Notes: generated by a model not told the origin, from the letters alone. Numbered from the stretch's first letter, positions 23,067 to 33,251 are shown. The stretch: 64,000 nucleotides of DNA from an uncultured Chloroflexia bacterium (GCA_963765765.1 CAVXYC010000023.1:32001-96000); one strand, 5' to 3'. A program made the numbers and translations.

Positions 23067-24845
23067 CTATTTATCAAGCCAGACACCGGCGAAGCTCAGG
23101 TTCGCCGTAATGTCTTCAGGCGGTACCTGCATGCCCTTGAGATGCGACCGGTACGGAGTCGTCTGGGTTTCGTCGTAGAGCGGGACACCGTATACCTGGT
23201 CCACAAGTACGTATTTCTCGAGATCACGATAGATCTTGATGCGATCCTCGAGTGATCGAGCAGAATCAAACTGCTTGAACATCTCGATGACCTTAGGGTC
23301 CTCATGGACACCGAAGGTGTTATTTGCCACGCTTGCAGCGTTGATGATCGACGAGAGCCCCTCAGGGAACGTGACCGTGGAGCCCTTGGCCGCCTGCATG
23401 TAGAAATCCTTACGGAAGCCGCGATCGTTATACGTCGCGATGTCCGCCAAGTCTAGCTTGAGCCTTACGCCCAATCCAGCCAGATTTCCCTGCATCCACT
23501 CATATCGACCGGACCAGCTCTGCTGTCCGAAGACCGGAATATCGAACCCACCGCCGTATCCCGCCTCGTTCATGAGTCGGCGCGCCTCAGTACGATCGGC
23601 ATCGCGAGTCGTCTCGTTGTAACCGGGCCAGGTCAGCCAATCCGGATTGGGGAAGGGTGACCGAGGATCCAGGATTGTTGATAGCTGGCCGTTTCCGCCC
23701 TCAATCGCGTTGAGCCCCTCGCGTTTGTCGACCCAGAGCGAGATGGCTTTACGGACGCGAACATCCTGCAGCGGGCTGTCCTTAAGTATGTTGAACCAGA
23801 GCACCTGGCGCTGACCGTTGATGGCCGCGAACCAGACCTGATCGCCGAACGCCTTCTGAAGACTTTCAATTTGATCCGGTAGCAGCGTAAAGCCGCCGCC
23901 TCGCGTCCCGCCGTCAAGGCGACCGGCGCGGAATGCAGCGAGTACGGCAGAGAAATCGGTCATGATCGGGAAATCAATCCCATCCAGATACGGGAGCGGG
24001 CGCCCTTGCGCGTCTTTTTCCCAGTACTTGTCGAACTTGCGGACCTGGACCACGGAGCCCTTCTCAACCTTATCCATCTTGAAGGGACCGAGAGCGACGA
24101 AGCCTACGTCTGCCGGTCCGATGCTGACTTCGCCCGCCTGAATCCGTGACTCCATCAGGTGCCGTGGATGGGCGACGAGTCCCTGACGGCCGGCGAGGAG
24201 ATCAAGGTAGGAAGGAGTTGGCGAAGCGACGGTGATGCGAACCTGGTTGCCATCCACAATCTCGGTCTGCTTGATCTCACCAAGATTTGCCTTGAACCGA
24301 GCCGGCGGCCGCGTCTTGTCACCGACTTTCGCGCCGTTATAGGCCAGGTCCAACCAAAATTTCAGGTCGGGCGCCGTGAGCGGGGTACCGTCATGCCAGA
24401 AGACACCGTCACGGATCTTGAACGTGAACTGCGTGAAATCGGGATTGATCTCCCAGCTCTCAGCGAGCGCAGGGCAGATCTTGTAGATGTTATCGGGACA
24501 CGTCTTGACCAGGTTGCCGTCGCCATAGATGCTCGTTCCCACGTAGGAGAGTGAGATCGACGTCTGGAACATCGGGTCCCAGTTGGACGGCGGGTCCTCA
24601 CGGGTGGCAATTACCGCGACGCCGCCAGTCTTGACCTGGCCGGTTGTTGCCACGGTGGGTGGCGGGGCAACGGCCACTGGCGCCTGAGGAGCCTGGGTGG
24701 CCGCGGGCGCAGCGCCCGAGGCTGGCTGGGCCGGTGCCTCCTTAGGTGCGGGCGGAACTGGCCGGCAAGCAGCCAGAACAAGCGCTGCGATGAGCAGCGC
24801 AGAAGCGCGACGAGGCAACGACATAGGTGGTGTTCGCCCGGGCAT
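23067..24845 (-). CDS. ABC substrate-binding lipoprotein, family 5
   Basis: GGAGG RBS upstream; lipobox LAAC; ALAESWE, FKIRDGVFWHDG, GPFKMDK, VRKAISLWVD. Confidence 0.92.
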   Translation of the reverse strand: MPGRTPPMSLPRRASALLIAALVLAACRPVPPAPKEAPAQPASGAAPAATQAPQAPVAVAPPPTVATTGQVKTGGVAVIATREDPPSNWDPMFQTSISLSYVGTSIYGDGNLVKTCPDNIYKICPALAESWEINPDFTQFTFKIRDGVFWHDGTPLTAPDLKFWLDLAYNGAKVGDKTRPPARFKANLGEIKQTEIVDGNQVRITVASPTPSYLDLLAGRQGLVAHPRHLMESRIQAGEVSIGPADVGFVALGPFKMDKVEKGSVVQVRKFDKYWEKDAQGRPLPYLDGIDFPIMTDFSAVLAAFRAGRLDGGTRGGGFTLLPDQIESLQKAFGDQVWFAAINGQRQVLWFNILKDSPLQDVRVRKAISLWVDKREGLNAIEGGNGQLSTILDPRSPFPNPDWLTWPGYNETTRDADRTEARRLMNEAGYGGGFDIPVFGQQSWSGRYEWMQGNLAGLGVRLKLDLADIATYNDRGFRKDFYMQAAKGSTVTFPEGLSSIINAASVANNTFGVHEDPKVIEMFKQFDSARSLEDRIKIYRDLEKYVLVDQVYGVPLYDETQTTPYRSHLKGMQVPPEDITANLSFAGVWLDK

Positions 24846-25027
24846 CCTGTACCTCCGTGGACACGCGCCTGCCGGTTTGGGGCGCGAAGCAGCTCACTAA
24901 ACTCTGTTCAGGGGAGTCCAAAGCTCACCCGAAGAATTGATCTCCTACCCCGTCCTTTCTGTTTCTGGCCAGCTGACACGTGTGGCGTGTGCGGCGACTT
25001 TCGACGCGCATGCCTGAAAGGTCTCGT

Positions 25028-26146
25028 CTAGGCGGGAACCGGAACCCGACTAAACGCCGGGATCACTTCCTTCCCGAACAACTCGATTGATTTGCTCACG
25101 AGCTCGCGAGGCATGGCGCCAATCTCAAAGTTGCCACAGAACACGTCATAGCCAATGTTCTCGCGGCCCTCTTCCAGCTTGCGGATGACGGTCTCAGGAC
25201 TGCCTACGATCGCCAGACCGCTGTCCAGTGTGAAATCAAACGACTGACTCATCTCCTGGAACACGCGCGCGCGCTCTGCGTCATGAGGTCGTTCGCTATC
25301 TCGACCCATTCCACGCGCGTTGGAGCCCCAGCCGACGCGCGTATTGTTGATCTTGCCGCGGCCAGTGGTATTGGCATCGCGCATAGTCATCACATACTGC
25401 TCGGCCTGCTCGCGAGCCCTGGCATCAGTCTCGGCAACGAAAATCGCGCGCTGAAGGAAGATCCGAGGCATCGGCCCGGGATGGTTCTGCTCGCGCCATA
25501 CCTGACGGTAGTACTCAAATTTTTCCGCCACCACCGCATCGGTATCGAGGTTTTGCGAGACGTTCCAATTATTCTTGGCGGCGTATTCCATGGACGCGTT
25601 GCTGTGCGCGGCAATCCAGACGGGCGGGTGCGGTTGCTGGTACGGCTTGGGCGCGGGCAGGGCCTCGTCAAAACTCCAGTACTTGCCCTGGTACGTCACC
25701 TCTGGCTCTGTCCAGGCCTTGATGATGATCTCCATGGCTTCCAGGGACATAGGCGCACGCTGGTAATAGTCCAACCCCCAGCGAATGAACTCGTGCTCGT
25801 GAACGCCGATGCCGCTGCCGAACTCCACGCGTCCGTGCGAGAGGTGGTCAAGCATGGCCACTTCTTCTGCGAGGCGCATGGGGTTGTGAAACGGAATTTG
25901 CCAGATCATCGCGCCGAAGCGGAGGGTGCTGGTTCGCATCGCGATCGCGGTGAGATAAACGCTGGGAGAGGTGATCTCGCCCACGGGTGAGTTCTGGTGC
26001 TCGATGATCCAGTAGGAGTGAAAGCCGAGCTCCTCCAACCGCACGGCTCGATTGACGTGGTAGTCGTACACATCGGCGGTGCGGGGCGCCTGGGACATCT
26101 GATAGGCACCCATTGAGTCCCAGAACGCGAGGTCCAGTTCAGTCAT
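25028..26146 (-). CDS. LLM class flavin-dependent oxidoreductase (luciferase-like)
   Basis: LEELGFHSYWIIEHQ, PMRLAEEVAMLDHLSHGRVEFGSG, PKPYQQPHPPVW, IVGSPETV. Confidence 0.92.
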   Translation of the reverse strand: MTELDLAFWDSMGAYQMSQAPRTADVYDYHVNRAVRLEELGFHSYWIIEHQNSPVGEITSPSVYLTAIAMRTSTLRFGAMIWQIPFHNPMRLAEEVAMLDHLSHGRVEFGSGIGVHEHEFIRWGLDYYQRAPMSLEAMEIIIKAWTEPEVTYQGKYWSFDEALPAPKPYQQPHPPVWIAAHSNASMEYAAKNNWNVSQNLDTDAVVAEKFEYYRQVWREQNHPGPMPRIFLQRAIFVAETDARAREQAEQYVMTMRDANTTGRGKINNTRVGWGSNARGMGRDSERPHDAERARVFQEMSQSFDFTLDSGLAIVGSPETVIRKLEEGRENIGYDVFCGNFEIGAMPRELVSKSIELFGKEVIPAFSRVPVPA

Positions 26147-26174
26147 TCATTGTCCTTTCGAATTTCTCGATATC

Positions 26175-26265
26175 GGAGCCGCATCCCGTAAGGGTGCGGT
26201 TCCTCTTGTGTCATCCTCATGTCCTGGAATGAAGGAACCGCACCCTTACGGGATGCGGCTCTGTT
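26175..26265. repeat. Inverted pair of REP-like hairpins (BIME-like)
   Basis: ggagccgcatcccgtaagggtgcggttcct followed by ggaaccgcacccttacgggatgcggctct in the opposite orientation. Confidence 0.8.
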
Positions 26266-26273
26266 GTGTCCGG

Positions 26274-27665
26274 CTACGGAACAATCGTTTCCATCATCTT
26301 CCGGGCTTCCGGATCGCTCAAGAAGTTGTCATTACGGCGCAGCAATCCCGACCACGCGCGATCGCGATAGGCCGCGCCGTGGCTCGGCCCAAACGGCTCT
26401 TCTCCGTTCTGCATCTTCTTGGCTTCCCGAAGGAGGATGCGGCGCAAGGCGATCACGGCCATATCGGCGGTGCCCAGATGCTCCTTGGTGCGATCCACGA
26501 TGGGGCCCATGCCCAGGGTCACGCAGCCGTCTTGCTCCCGAATGCCACGGACTCCTGAGAACGACTCGGTCTTCTGCAACTGGCGATCCTGGAAGAAATG
26601 ATTCTCCCGATTCGCGAACAAACCGCCCGTCTCCGGGTTGTACGTTCCAATGTGAGCGTAAGGGCCGCTGAACATCATTGCCCGTTCTTCATCGTTCAAG
26701 GGACTCTCGGGACACCAGTACACCGTCCAGATGTCCGTGTGGTGGTCGTCCGTGGGAACCCAGAAGTGGGCCAGAAACATACTCTGGTCTAGCGCCCCAG
26801 CGACGAGCGTGTAATACGGGAAATAGACCTGGTTTATCCGCCAGTAGTACGTGTCCGGATCGGCGTCACGGCGCGCGGCGATCATCATGCCCACATCATT
26901 CGGCTGAATGATCCAGCGCGGTGCAGTGTCTTTCCCTACGTAATAGCCATCCTGCTGGCCGACGAAGAAACGCGACTTGTAGGCCGGCGGCGAGTCATAC
27001 CTGAGCTGGGAATGCAGGAAGGGCACATGGCTGGAATCCACGTCGCCCTCCATCGCCTGGACCCAGTTGCCTTCCAGATTGAACTTGGCGATGTTGCGGT
27101 GGCCAGGCTGGACGCGCATCCACTCCATGTCCGGAACTTCCGGCTGCAAATGCTTCGGGCCCATGTAGACCCAGATCACGCCGGCAACTTCCCGCGCCGG
27201 GTACGAAGTTGTCCGCACCTTGTGCTTGAAGTCTGAATCCGCGGGCTCGTTTGGCATGTCAAGGCAAATGCCGTTCACATCAAACTTCCATCCGTGGTAG
27301 ATACAGCGGAGGCCGTTTTCCTCATTTCGCCCGTAGACCAGCGGCGCTTGACGGTGCGGGCAGAGCGGCTGGATGACCCCGATGCGCCCGCTGGTGTCTC
27401 GGAACACCAGCAAGTCCTCGCCGAACATGCGCGCCTCTTTGGGCGCACCGTCGGCCTCCGGTAAGGCATCAGCCAGCATGAGGGGTGTCCAGAACCGTCG
27501 TAGCCATTGGCCCATCGGTGTATCCGCGCCGACGCCGGTGAGGAGTGCGTTGTCAGTAGCGTTGAGCACGGTGAAGCTCCTGGGGGTTGAGGCGAGAGTC
27601 GGCGGAGGGCGCCAACTGCTCGCCGGCGAGTGAGATTGCGTGGTCATCGTAGACCGCGACGGCAA
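26274..27665 (-). CDS. Rieske non-heme iron oxygenase alpha subunit (phthalate 4,5-dioxygenase/LigX-like)
   Basis: Rieske CPHR..RCIYHGWKFD; mononuclear iron DSSHVPFLH and EQD; GADTPMGQWLRRFW; EHLGTADMAVIALRR. The start is uncertain. Confidence 0.92.
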   Translation of the reverse strand: MPSRSTMTTQSHSPASSWRPPPTLASTPRSFTVLNATDNALLTGVGADTPMGQWLRRFWTPLMLADALPEADGAPKEARMFGEDLLVFRDTSGRIGVIQPLCPHRQAPLVYGRNEENGLRCIYHGWKFDVNGICLDMPNEPADSDFKHKVRTTSYPAREVAGVIWVYMGPKHLQPEVPDMEWMRVQPGHRNIAKFNLEGNWVQAMEGDVDSSHVPFLHSQLRYDSPPAYKSRFFVGQQDGYYVGKDTAPRWIIQPNDVGMMIAARRDADPDTYYWRINQVYFPYYTLVAGALDQSMFLAHFWVPTDDHHTDIWTVYWCPESPLNDEERAMMFSGPYAHIGTYNPETGGLFANRENHFFQDRQLQKTESFSGVRGIREQDGCVTLGMGPIVDRTKEHLGTADMAVIALRRILLREAKKMQNGEEPFGPSHGAAYRDRAWSGLLRRNDNFLSDPEARKMMETIVP

Positions 27666-27786
27666 ATCTCGTCAAAGAAATCGAGGACCATTGTTGGGTA
27701 TGTCCTCATGTGCGTAAGCACCACGTCCATCACCTGTCTTTGCAGGGGATGGATGGCGGGCGCGGTTGCGCGCCGCACTTCAAGGC

Positions 27787-29034
27787 CTACTGCGGAATCG
27801 TGATCTCCCCGCCCGTCTGTCCGTTCTGCTTACTCTCCCATTCTTTGATGGCGGCGTTAACTTTGGACTCGAATTCCGCCAACGGAATTCCGTCCGTCAG
27901 CTTCTGGAAGATGTCACCATTGTTGAGCTCAGCACCGAGCACCGTCTGAGCGGGACTCGCGACCACGATTGGACCAAACTTCCCTCCGCCAATGACCTCG
28001 CCCTTGAGTAGGTCCGGCACGTAGCTGGGAACGTCGCGTCGTGGCCCGTCGTCGCTGCCCTTGAGCTTCTTGATGAACTCCTGCCCTTCACGACTCGACA
28101 TCCAGTTGATAAAGACCATCCCGGCATTCGGACGCTGCCCGGTCTTGAGCACGCCCATCATCTGTGGAAAGCCCACGATGGGCGTATCAGCAAACGCCAG
28201 GATCTTGATCGGCGCGCCCGCTTCAGCAATGCTGCCCAGCCGATCGCTGCCCGAGCCAATGGCTATCCAGGCTTCGCCGCGCGCCACAGCGGCTTCCTGA
28301 TCCCCCGGCCGAGCAAAGAGCATGGATTCCTGCCTGGCATATAAGGACCAGACATCCTCGAGCGTCATCGTCTTCGAGATGTAGCCCTGCTTGACGAAGT
28401 GCGCGGCGACATTACCGGTCGTCTTGGGATCGTTGAAGGCGATTCTGCCCTTGTACTTCGGATTGGTGGCCAGATCGTGATAGCTGGTCGGGTAGTCGGC
28501 GGGCTTCAGCAGGTTGGTGTTGATGGTCAGGTGTCCGTCTGCCTTGGTCGGGCGGCTGACCACCACGTCCACCATGTCGCCCATGAAGGTGGGCGGCGTC
28601 CGCCAGGCATCTGGCGGGTCGTTGAGGATCGGCATCGGCTGGTCTTTGAGGGGGACGAACCCGCCTTCCCGCCGAAGGTCCGACAGGAACTGCGGCGAGC
28701 CTTCAATCACGTCGGCAGATGGAACGCCGCCCTTGGTCTCCGTGTAGTAGCGCTGAACCAGCACGGCACCGTTGCCCGTAATGAAGTCGACAGGAATTCC
28801 GCTCACCCGCTTGAACTCTTCCGCGATGGTGGTTGCCTCGGTGCCGGTGAACCATTGGGCGTAGACCAGCAGCGTTCCCTCGGTTTTGGCCTTGTCCACA
28901 ATTGCCTGCCAGCCGGTGCTGCTCGGCGCCGCCCCGGACTGGGAGCTGCTTGGAGCGGCGGGTCCGCCCATGCAGGCGGTGGACAGGAGCACCGCGATCA
29001 CGCCGAAGCTGAGACTCGAACGAAGCGTGCGCAT
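27787..29034 (-). CDS. ABC substrate-binding lipoprotein (iron/thiamine/polyamine-type)
   Basis: Lipobox STAC; WQAIVDKAKTEGTLLVY; PTSYHDLATNPKYKG; PNAGMVFINWM. Confidence 0.85.
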   Translation of the reverse strand: MRTLRSSLSFGVIAVLLSTACMGGPAAPSSSQSGAAPSSTGWQAIVDKAKTEGTLLVYAQWFTGTEATTIAEEFKRVSGIPVDFITGNGAVLVQRYYTETKGGVPSADVIEGSPQFLSDLRREGGFVPLKDQPMPILNDPPDAWRTPPTFMGDMVDVVVSRPTKADGHLTINTNLLKPADYPTSYHDLATNPKYKGRIAFNDPKTTGNVAAHFVKQGYISKTMTLEDVWSLYARQESMLFARPGDQEAAVARGEAWIAIGSGSDRLGSIAEAGAPIKILAFADTPIVGFPQMMGVLKTGQRPNAGMVFINWMSSREGQEFIKKLKGSDDGPRRDVPSYVPDLLKGEVIGGGKFGPIVVASPAQTVLGAELNNGDIFQKLTDGIPLAEFESKVNAAIKEWESKQNGQTGGEITIPQ

Positions 29035-29094
29035 CAGGACGACCTCCTTTGCATGCGGGCCAGCGCGATGCGCGTTACATCGCGCTTGAGAACA

Positions 29095-29805
29095 TCAATG
29101 CTGTGAGAGCAATCGACCGTAGCCGGGAATTGACTCCGTTAAACCCACGAGCCGCATGGCGTGCCAGATGATGGCCTGGCTGGCGCTGAGCACGTTGACG
29201 TTGAGCTCGTCTTCCAGCTTCTGGATCTGGTCCAGGGTGGCCCAATGGGCGCACTTAAAGAAGACCGTGTCTGTTTCCGGGTGGTCGCCCACGACCTCGC
29301 GCGCAAGCTGGGCCGGCACGTCACTCGGGATCGCGCCAACCTGGATGAACGGGTAGTCGGCGCCTCGCTCGTCCACCACTTCGCAGCCCTCGCGAACCAT
29401 ATGCTCGGACACGGCCGACCGATTGCCGGGTGATACCAGCGCCACTTTGCGAGCGCCGACGGCCTCGAGGGCTCGCATCTGAGCAGTAAGGCTGGTGGTA
29501 ACGGGCACACCGCATTCGTCCGACGTGCGGCGCATCAGGTCATCCACGTTATCGAGGCCGACCGACAAATTGACTGGCGCGCCGCCCAGGACCACGGCGT
29601 CAACGCCGGCGTGAGCCATCTCCTTAGCCGCGCGCAGGCTGAGCGCCAGGCTCTGATCGATCTCGTCAGACTTGACTTCCAGCACTGCCAGCGTTGTAAA
29701 CGCCAGCGTCACCCCCTCGGGAGCAACCTTGTAGAACTCCCGAGGAAAAACCTCCGTCACCATTGGCGGTGACGTGTACCCAATTCGTGCCTGGTGACCG
29801 TACAT
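29095..29805 (-). CDS. Arylmalonate decarboxylase / maleate isomerase (Asp/Glu racemase) family protein
   Basis: ARIGYTSP..EFYKVAPEGVT, VPVTTSLTA, FFKCAHW, LEDELNVNVLSASQAIIWHAMR, GYGRLL. Confidence 0.87.
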   Translation of the reverse strand: MYGHQARIGYTSPPMVTEVFPREFYKVAPEGVTLAFTTLAVLEVKSDEIDQSLALSLRAAKEMAHAGVDAVVLGGAPVNLSVGLDNVDDLMRRTSDECGVPVTTSLTAQMRALEAVGARKVALVSPGNRSAVSEHMVREGCEVVDERGADYPFIQVGAIPSDVPAQLAREVVGDHPETDTVFFKCAHWATLDQIQKLEDELNVNVLSASQAIIWHAMRLVGLTESIPGYGRLLSQH

Positions 29806-29860
29806 CGCTGTCCCCTTTCAAATGACCGCGTCTGCTAGGTCGTCTAAGTCGGGCTGATCG

Positions 29861-30647
29861 CTAGGTCGCCTCCTGGAGCAGCCGGCCATATCCGGCGACT
29901 CGTGGTGAAACGTGGGCAAGCCGCAGCCCAGCCCAGAACATCGCCTGCATGCTCGAGACCACCGGAACGCCCAGGTCGGTCTCGAGAGCGTCGATCATGC
30001 CGACACTCGGCAGCGCAGCCCCGGTGATCCAAACGCCGTCCGCGCTCTTTGCCGATTGAAAGAGGGCCCGCGCGGCGCGATATGGGTAGCTCAGCGGCGC
30101 GATCGTGAAGTCAGCAAACTCCGGTGTGCGGCAGGAGCGCGCCGAGACAACGTCAATGCCCGGCGTTGGCGACGTATCGGCTCAATTGCTCGTGCAGCGC
30201 ATCGTCGAATGGGGTAAGCATAGCCACGTGGCGCATACCGAGCGCCTGCATCGCCGCGATACACGCCCCGATGTCGGTGGCCACCGGGAGGGCGGTAACC
30301 TCCGCAACGACATCGCGTAGGCGGTCCTCGAAGCCCCACCCACCCGTGACGATCTGCGGTACGCCGGCCTGGACGAGGACATCGACCTTGCGATTCACCA
30401 GCTCGCGCGTCGCCGCCGGCAGACGACTCAGAAAATCATCAGCCGCACCGGGCGCAAAGACGTCCATCCCCATCGGCGTGAGTGCGATGGTCACACCGCG
30501 CGGGGCCATCAAGTAGAACTCGTAGGCATTGTTCTCGACCACCGCCGACGGCGTAATAAAGCCAATGCGAGCGCGCCACCCGTACGAGGCGCCCTGCTCG
30601 GAAGTAAGTGTCGCGGGCTGATCCCCGACTGGCCGATCCTGGTCCAT
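29861..30647 (-). CDS. Arylmalonate decarboxylase / maleate isomerase family protein, frameshifted near 30150
   Basis: YGWRARIGFITPS..YEFYLMAPRGVT. The C-terminus in a shifted frame reads ADGVWITGAALP..LETDLGVPVVSSMQAM..GYGRLLQEAT*. Confidence 0.82.
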
Positions 30648-30782
30648 GGCGACTCCTACAATCGCGCGACTCGCCCGCTACCTGGCCGCACTGTACGACC
30701 GCTCCCGGAAGCTGTCAATTTGGCTGTCTGTCTCAATTTGGCTGTCTGTCTAATGAGCGCCCTCGAGCATGTGGGGGCGCTA

Positions 30783-30889
30783 CACGTAGCGCGGGGGCTT
30801 GTCTCCTGTACCTGGGAGAGACCGGGTTTACTAAACGGACGTGGGGCGAGGGCGCTCCAGGCACAGGGGACAAGCCCCCGTGCTACGTG
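30783..30889. repeat. Long imperfect inverted repeat (REP/MITE-like)
   Basis: cacgtagcgcgggggcttgtctcctgtacctgg ... ccaggcacaggggacaagcccccgtgctacgtg. Confidence 0.75.
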
Positions 30890-30940
30890 TGACTCTGCGC
30901 TATTGGGAAATGGCGAGACTCGCCGACTCCGAAAAATGCG

Positions 30941-30969
30941 TTGACAGGGCTCCGACCCGGGTCTAGAGT
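30941..30969 (+). promoter_or_regulatory. Sigma70-type promoter
   Basis: TTGACA (30941-30946), 17 nt spacer, TAGAGT (30964-30969), upstream of the GGAGG RBS and ATG at 31064. Confidence 0.65.
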
Positions 30970-31063
30970 GCTAGCGCGCCCGCAGGTCTCGTGATCCGCA
31001 GACAACCGGGCCGGACACGTCCCGGCCCGACCCTGGTGTCCATCAAGTCAACCGGAGGTTTCA

Positions 31064-31780
31064 ATGTCTGTCTATGGTTATCGCGCTCGCATCGGCTATA
31101 CGTCGCCGCCAGTGGTGACCGAGGTCTTCCCGTACGAGTTCTATCGGATGGTGCCGGAGGGCGTGACGCTGGGCGTCACTACGCTCGCCATCCTCGATGT
31201 GACCGCGGATGAGATGCAGCAGAGCATGCAGATCAGCCTGCGGGCCGTCCGAGAGATGGGCAAGGCGGGCATGAACCTCGCTGTGCTGGGCGGATTGCCG
31301 ATCAATCTCACCGTTGGCGTTGACAACGTGGACAATTTGATCAAGGAGACCGAACAGGCTGCCGGTATCCCCATCGCCACTAGCTTCACTTCGCAGATGC
31401 ACGCGCTCGAGACACTCGGAGCTAAGAAGGTAGCCATGGTCCAGCCCGGCGCCCCGGGCGGCTACGAGTTCATGGAGAAGAACGGCTACGAGGTCGTCGG
31501 CTGTGCTGGCGCCGGATTTCCGCTGGCCAACGACTGGGGCAAGGTCCCGATCGACAAAGCCAGAACGATCGCGCGCGAGCTGGTGAAGACGCACCCTGAC
31601 GCCGACACGATCCACTTTCTCTGCCCCCACTGGGCCACCAACTCGGTCATCGATGAGCTGGAGCAAGAGCTCGGCGTGAACGTGTTGACGGCGAGTCAGG
31701 CCATCATCTGGGAGTCCTTGCGCCGCAGTGGCATCGATGATCGGCTTCCCGGCTGGGGCCGGCTGCTACGCGACCACTGA
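31064..31780 (+). CDS. Arylmalonate decarboxylase / maleate isomerase family protein
   Basis: YGYRARIGYTSPPVVTEVFPYEFY, HFLCPHW, GWGRLLRDH; close paralogue of 29095..29805. Confidence 0.88.
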   Translation: MSVYGYRARIGYTSPPVVTEVFPYEFYRMVPEGVTLGVTTLAILDVTADEMQQSMQISLRAVREMGKAGMNLAVLGGLPINLTVGVDNVDNLIKETEQAAGIPIATSFTSQMHALETLGAKKVAMVQPGAPGGYEFMEKNGYEVVGCAGAGFPLANDWGKVPIDKARTIARELVKTHPDADTIHFLCPHWATNSVIDELEQELGVNVLTASQAIIWESLRRSGIDDRLPGWGRLLRDH

Positions 31781-31845
31781 TCACTGGTTTTTGACCGCGG
31801 CGCCGGCGAGTCAGCTCGCGGCGCATTCGTGCAGGAGGTCCATCC

Positions 31846-33090
31846 GTGATCACTCACACCGCGCGCCACGCCATTTTGATAATCGCTGCCGCGCTACTCG
31901 TCGCCTGCAGTTCGGCCGCCCCCGCGGGCAAGCCAACTGGCGCTGCCAGCGAGCCAAGCACCGCCTGGCAACAGGTCCTTGACGCGGCCAAAACCGAGGG
32001 AACGCTGGTCGTCTACCACAATCTGTTCCCCGGCGCCGAAGGCACGAAGGTGGCCGATGAGTTCAAAGCAAAAACGGGTGTCACCGTCGATTTCATCAGC
32101 GGTCTGGGCGCACCGCTCTCTCAGCGCATTCGTACTGAGGTCGCCGGCAACGCTCCTTCGGCGGATATTTTTGAAGGCTCTTCGCAGTTCCTGCTGCCGA
32201 TGCAGAAAGACCAGTTCTTCGTCTCACTCAAAGACAAAGTCCCCGCGCTCCAAGAGTCAGCCGATACCTGGAGGGTCCATCCCGGCTACATGAGCGAGAC
32301 GGGTGAGCTGCTGGTGAGCCGCGCAATGACTCAATACCCAGCGCATCTCACCGTCAACACGAGCAAGCTCGCTGCGAGCGACTACCCGACGAGCTACAAC
32401 GATCTGGCCACCAACCCGAAGTTCAAGGGCAAGATTGGCTATGTGGACCCGAAGACCACCGGTGATACGGCGGCCGTCTTCATTCGCCAGGGCTACGTCG
32501 GTCAGGCGTATAGCATGGACAACGTCTGGACGTTGTATGCCAACCAGCAGATGATGCTCTTCCCCGGCCCGGGCGAACAGGGCGCAGCGGCGGGGCGAGG
32601 CGAGGTTGACATCGCTATCGGCGCCACATACGGCAATCTCCTGCAGCTCGCCGGCGCCAATGCGCCGATTAAGCTCCTGGCCTTTGCCGATACGCCGATC
32701 GTGAGCAACCCGACAACGATGGGCATGTTGAAGTCAAGCGCCCACCCCAACGCCGCGCTGGTCTTCATCAACTGGTTCTACAGCAAGGAGGGCCAGGACT
32801 ACGTCAACAACCTTCTGCAGCTCCCCGGGACCATGCGGCGCGACGTGACCCAGTACACACACCAGGCGCTGACTCCCGAAGTCGTCGGTGGCGGTAAGCG
32901 CGGTCCATCGGTCGCGCTGACGCTGCCGCAGTCCTTGCTGGCCGTCGAGCTCAACACGAGCGGGCTATTCCAGAAGCTGACCGAGGGCATCGGCCAGGCC
33001 GAATTCACCAGCGGCGTGAACGACTACATCAAGAAGTGGGAAGACGCCCAGGGCGGCCCCAAGCGCGAGGGCGTCACGCTGAAGGACTAG
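31846..33090 (+). CDS. ABC substrate-binding lipoprotein (paralogue of 27787..29034)
   Basis: Lipobox LVAC; WQQVLDAAKTEGTLVVY; YPTSYNDLATNPKFKGKI; HPNAALVFINW. Confidence 0.85.
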   Translation: MITHTARHAILIIAAALLVACSSAAPAGKPTGAASEPSTAWQQVLDAAKTEGTLVVYHNLFPGAEGTKVADEFKAKTGVTVDFISGLGAPLSQRIRTEVAGNAPSADIFEGSSQFLLPMQKDQFFVSLKDKVPALQESADTWRVHPGYMSETGELLVSRAMTQYPAHLTVNTSKLAASDYPTSYNDLATNPKFKGKIGYVDPKTTGDTAAVFIRQGYVGQAYSMDNVWTLYANQQMMLFPGPGEQGAAAGRGEVDIAIGATYGNLLQLAGANAPIKLLAFADTPIVSNPTTMGMLKSSAHPNAALVFINWFYSKEGQDYVNNLLQLPGTMRRDVTQYTHQALTPEVVGGGKRGPSVALTLPQSLLAVELNTSGLFQKLTEGIGQAEFTSGVNDYIKKWEDAQGGPKREGVTLKD

Positions 33091-33185
33091 ACGGACGACG
33101 GACGACCGATGACGAAGGACGGAGGAACGTCCGCGGAACATAGGCGGCGATATCCTCATTCCCCGTCGGCCGTCGCCCGTCGCCG

Positions 33186-33214
33186 TTGACGCATCCGCCA
33201 AATCCGGGTATTGT
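33186..33214 (+). promoter_or_regulatory. Sigma70-type promoter
   Basis: TTGACG, 17 nt spacer, TATTGT, then a GAGGAG RBS and ATG at 33252. Confidence 0.55.
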
Positions 33215-33251
33215 CCCGGCTCACACTGTCTTTATATGAAGAGGAGATTGC

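Noticed and set aside
24860-25020. Riboswitch in the leader of the family 5 binding protein
   Set aside because: No aptamer consensus that I recognise; an Rfam search would be needed.
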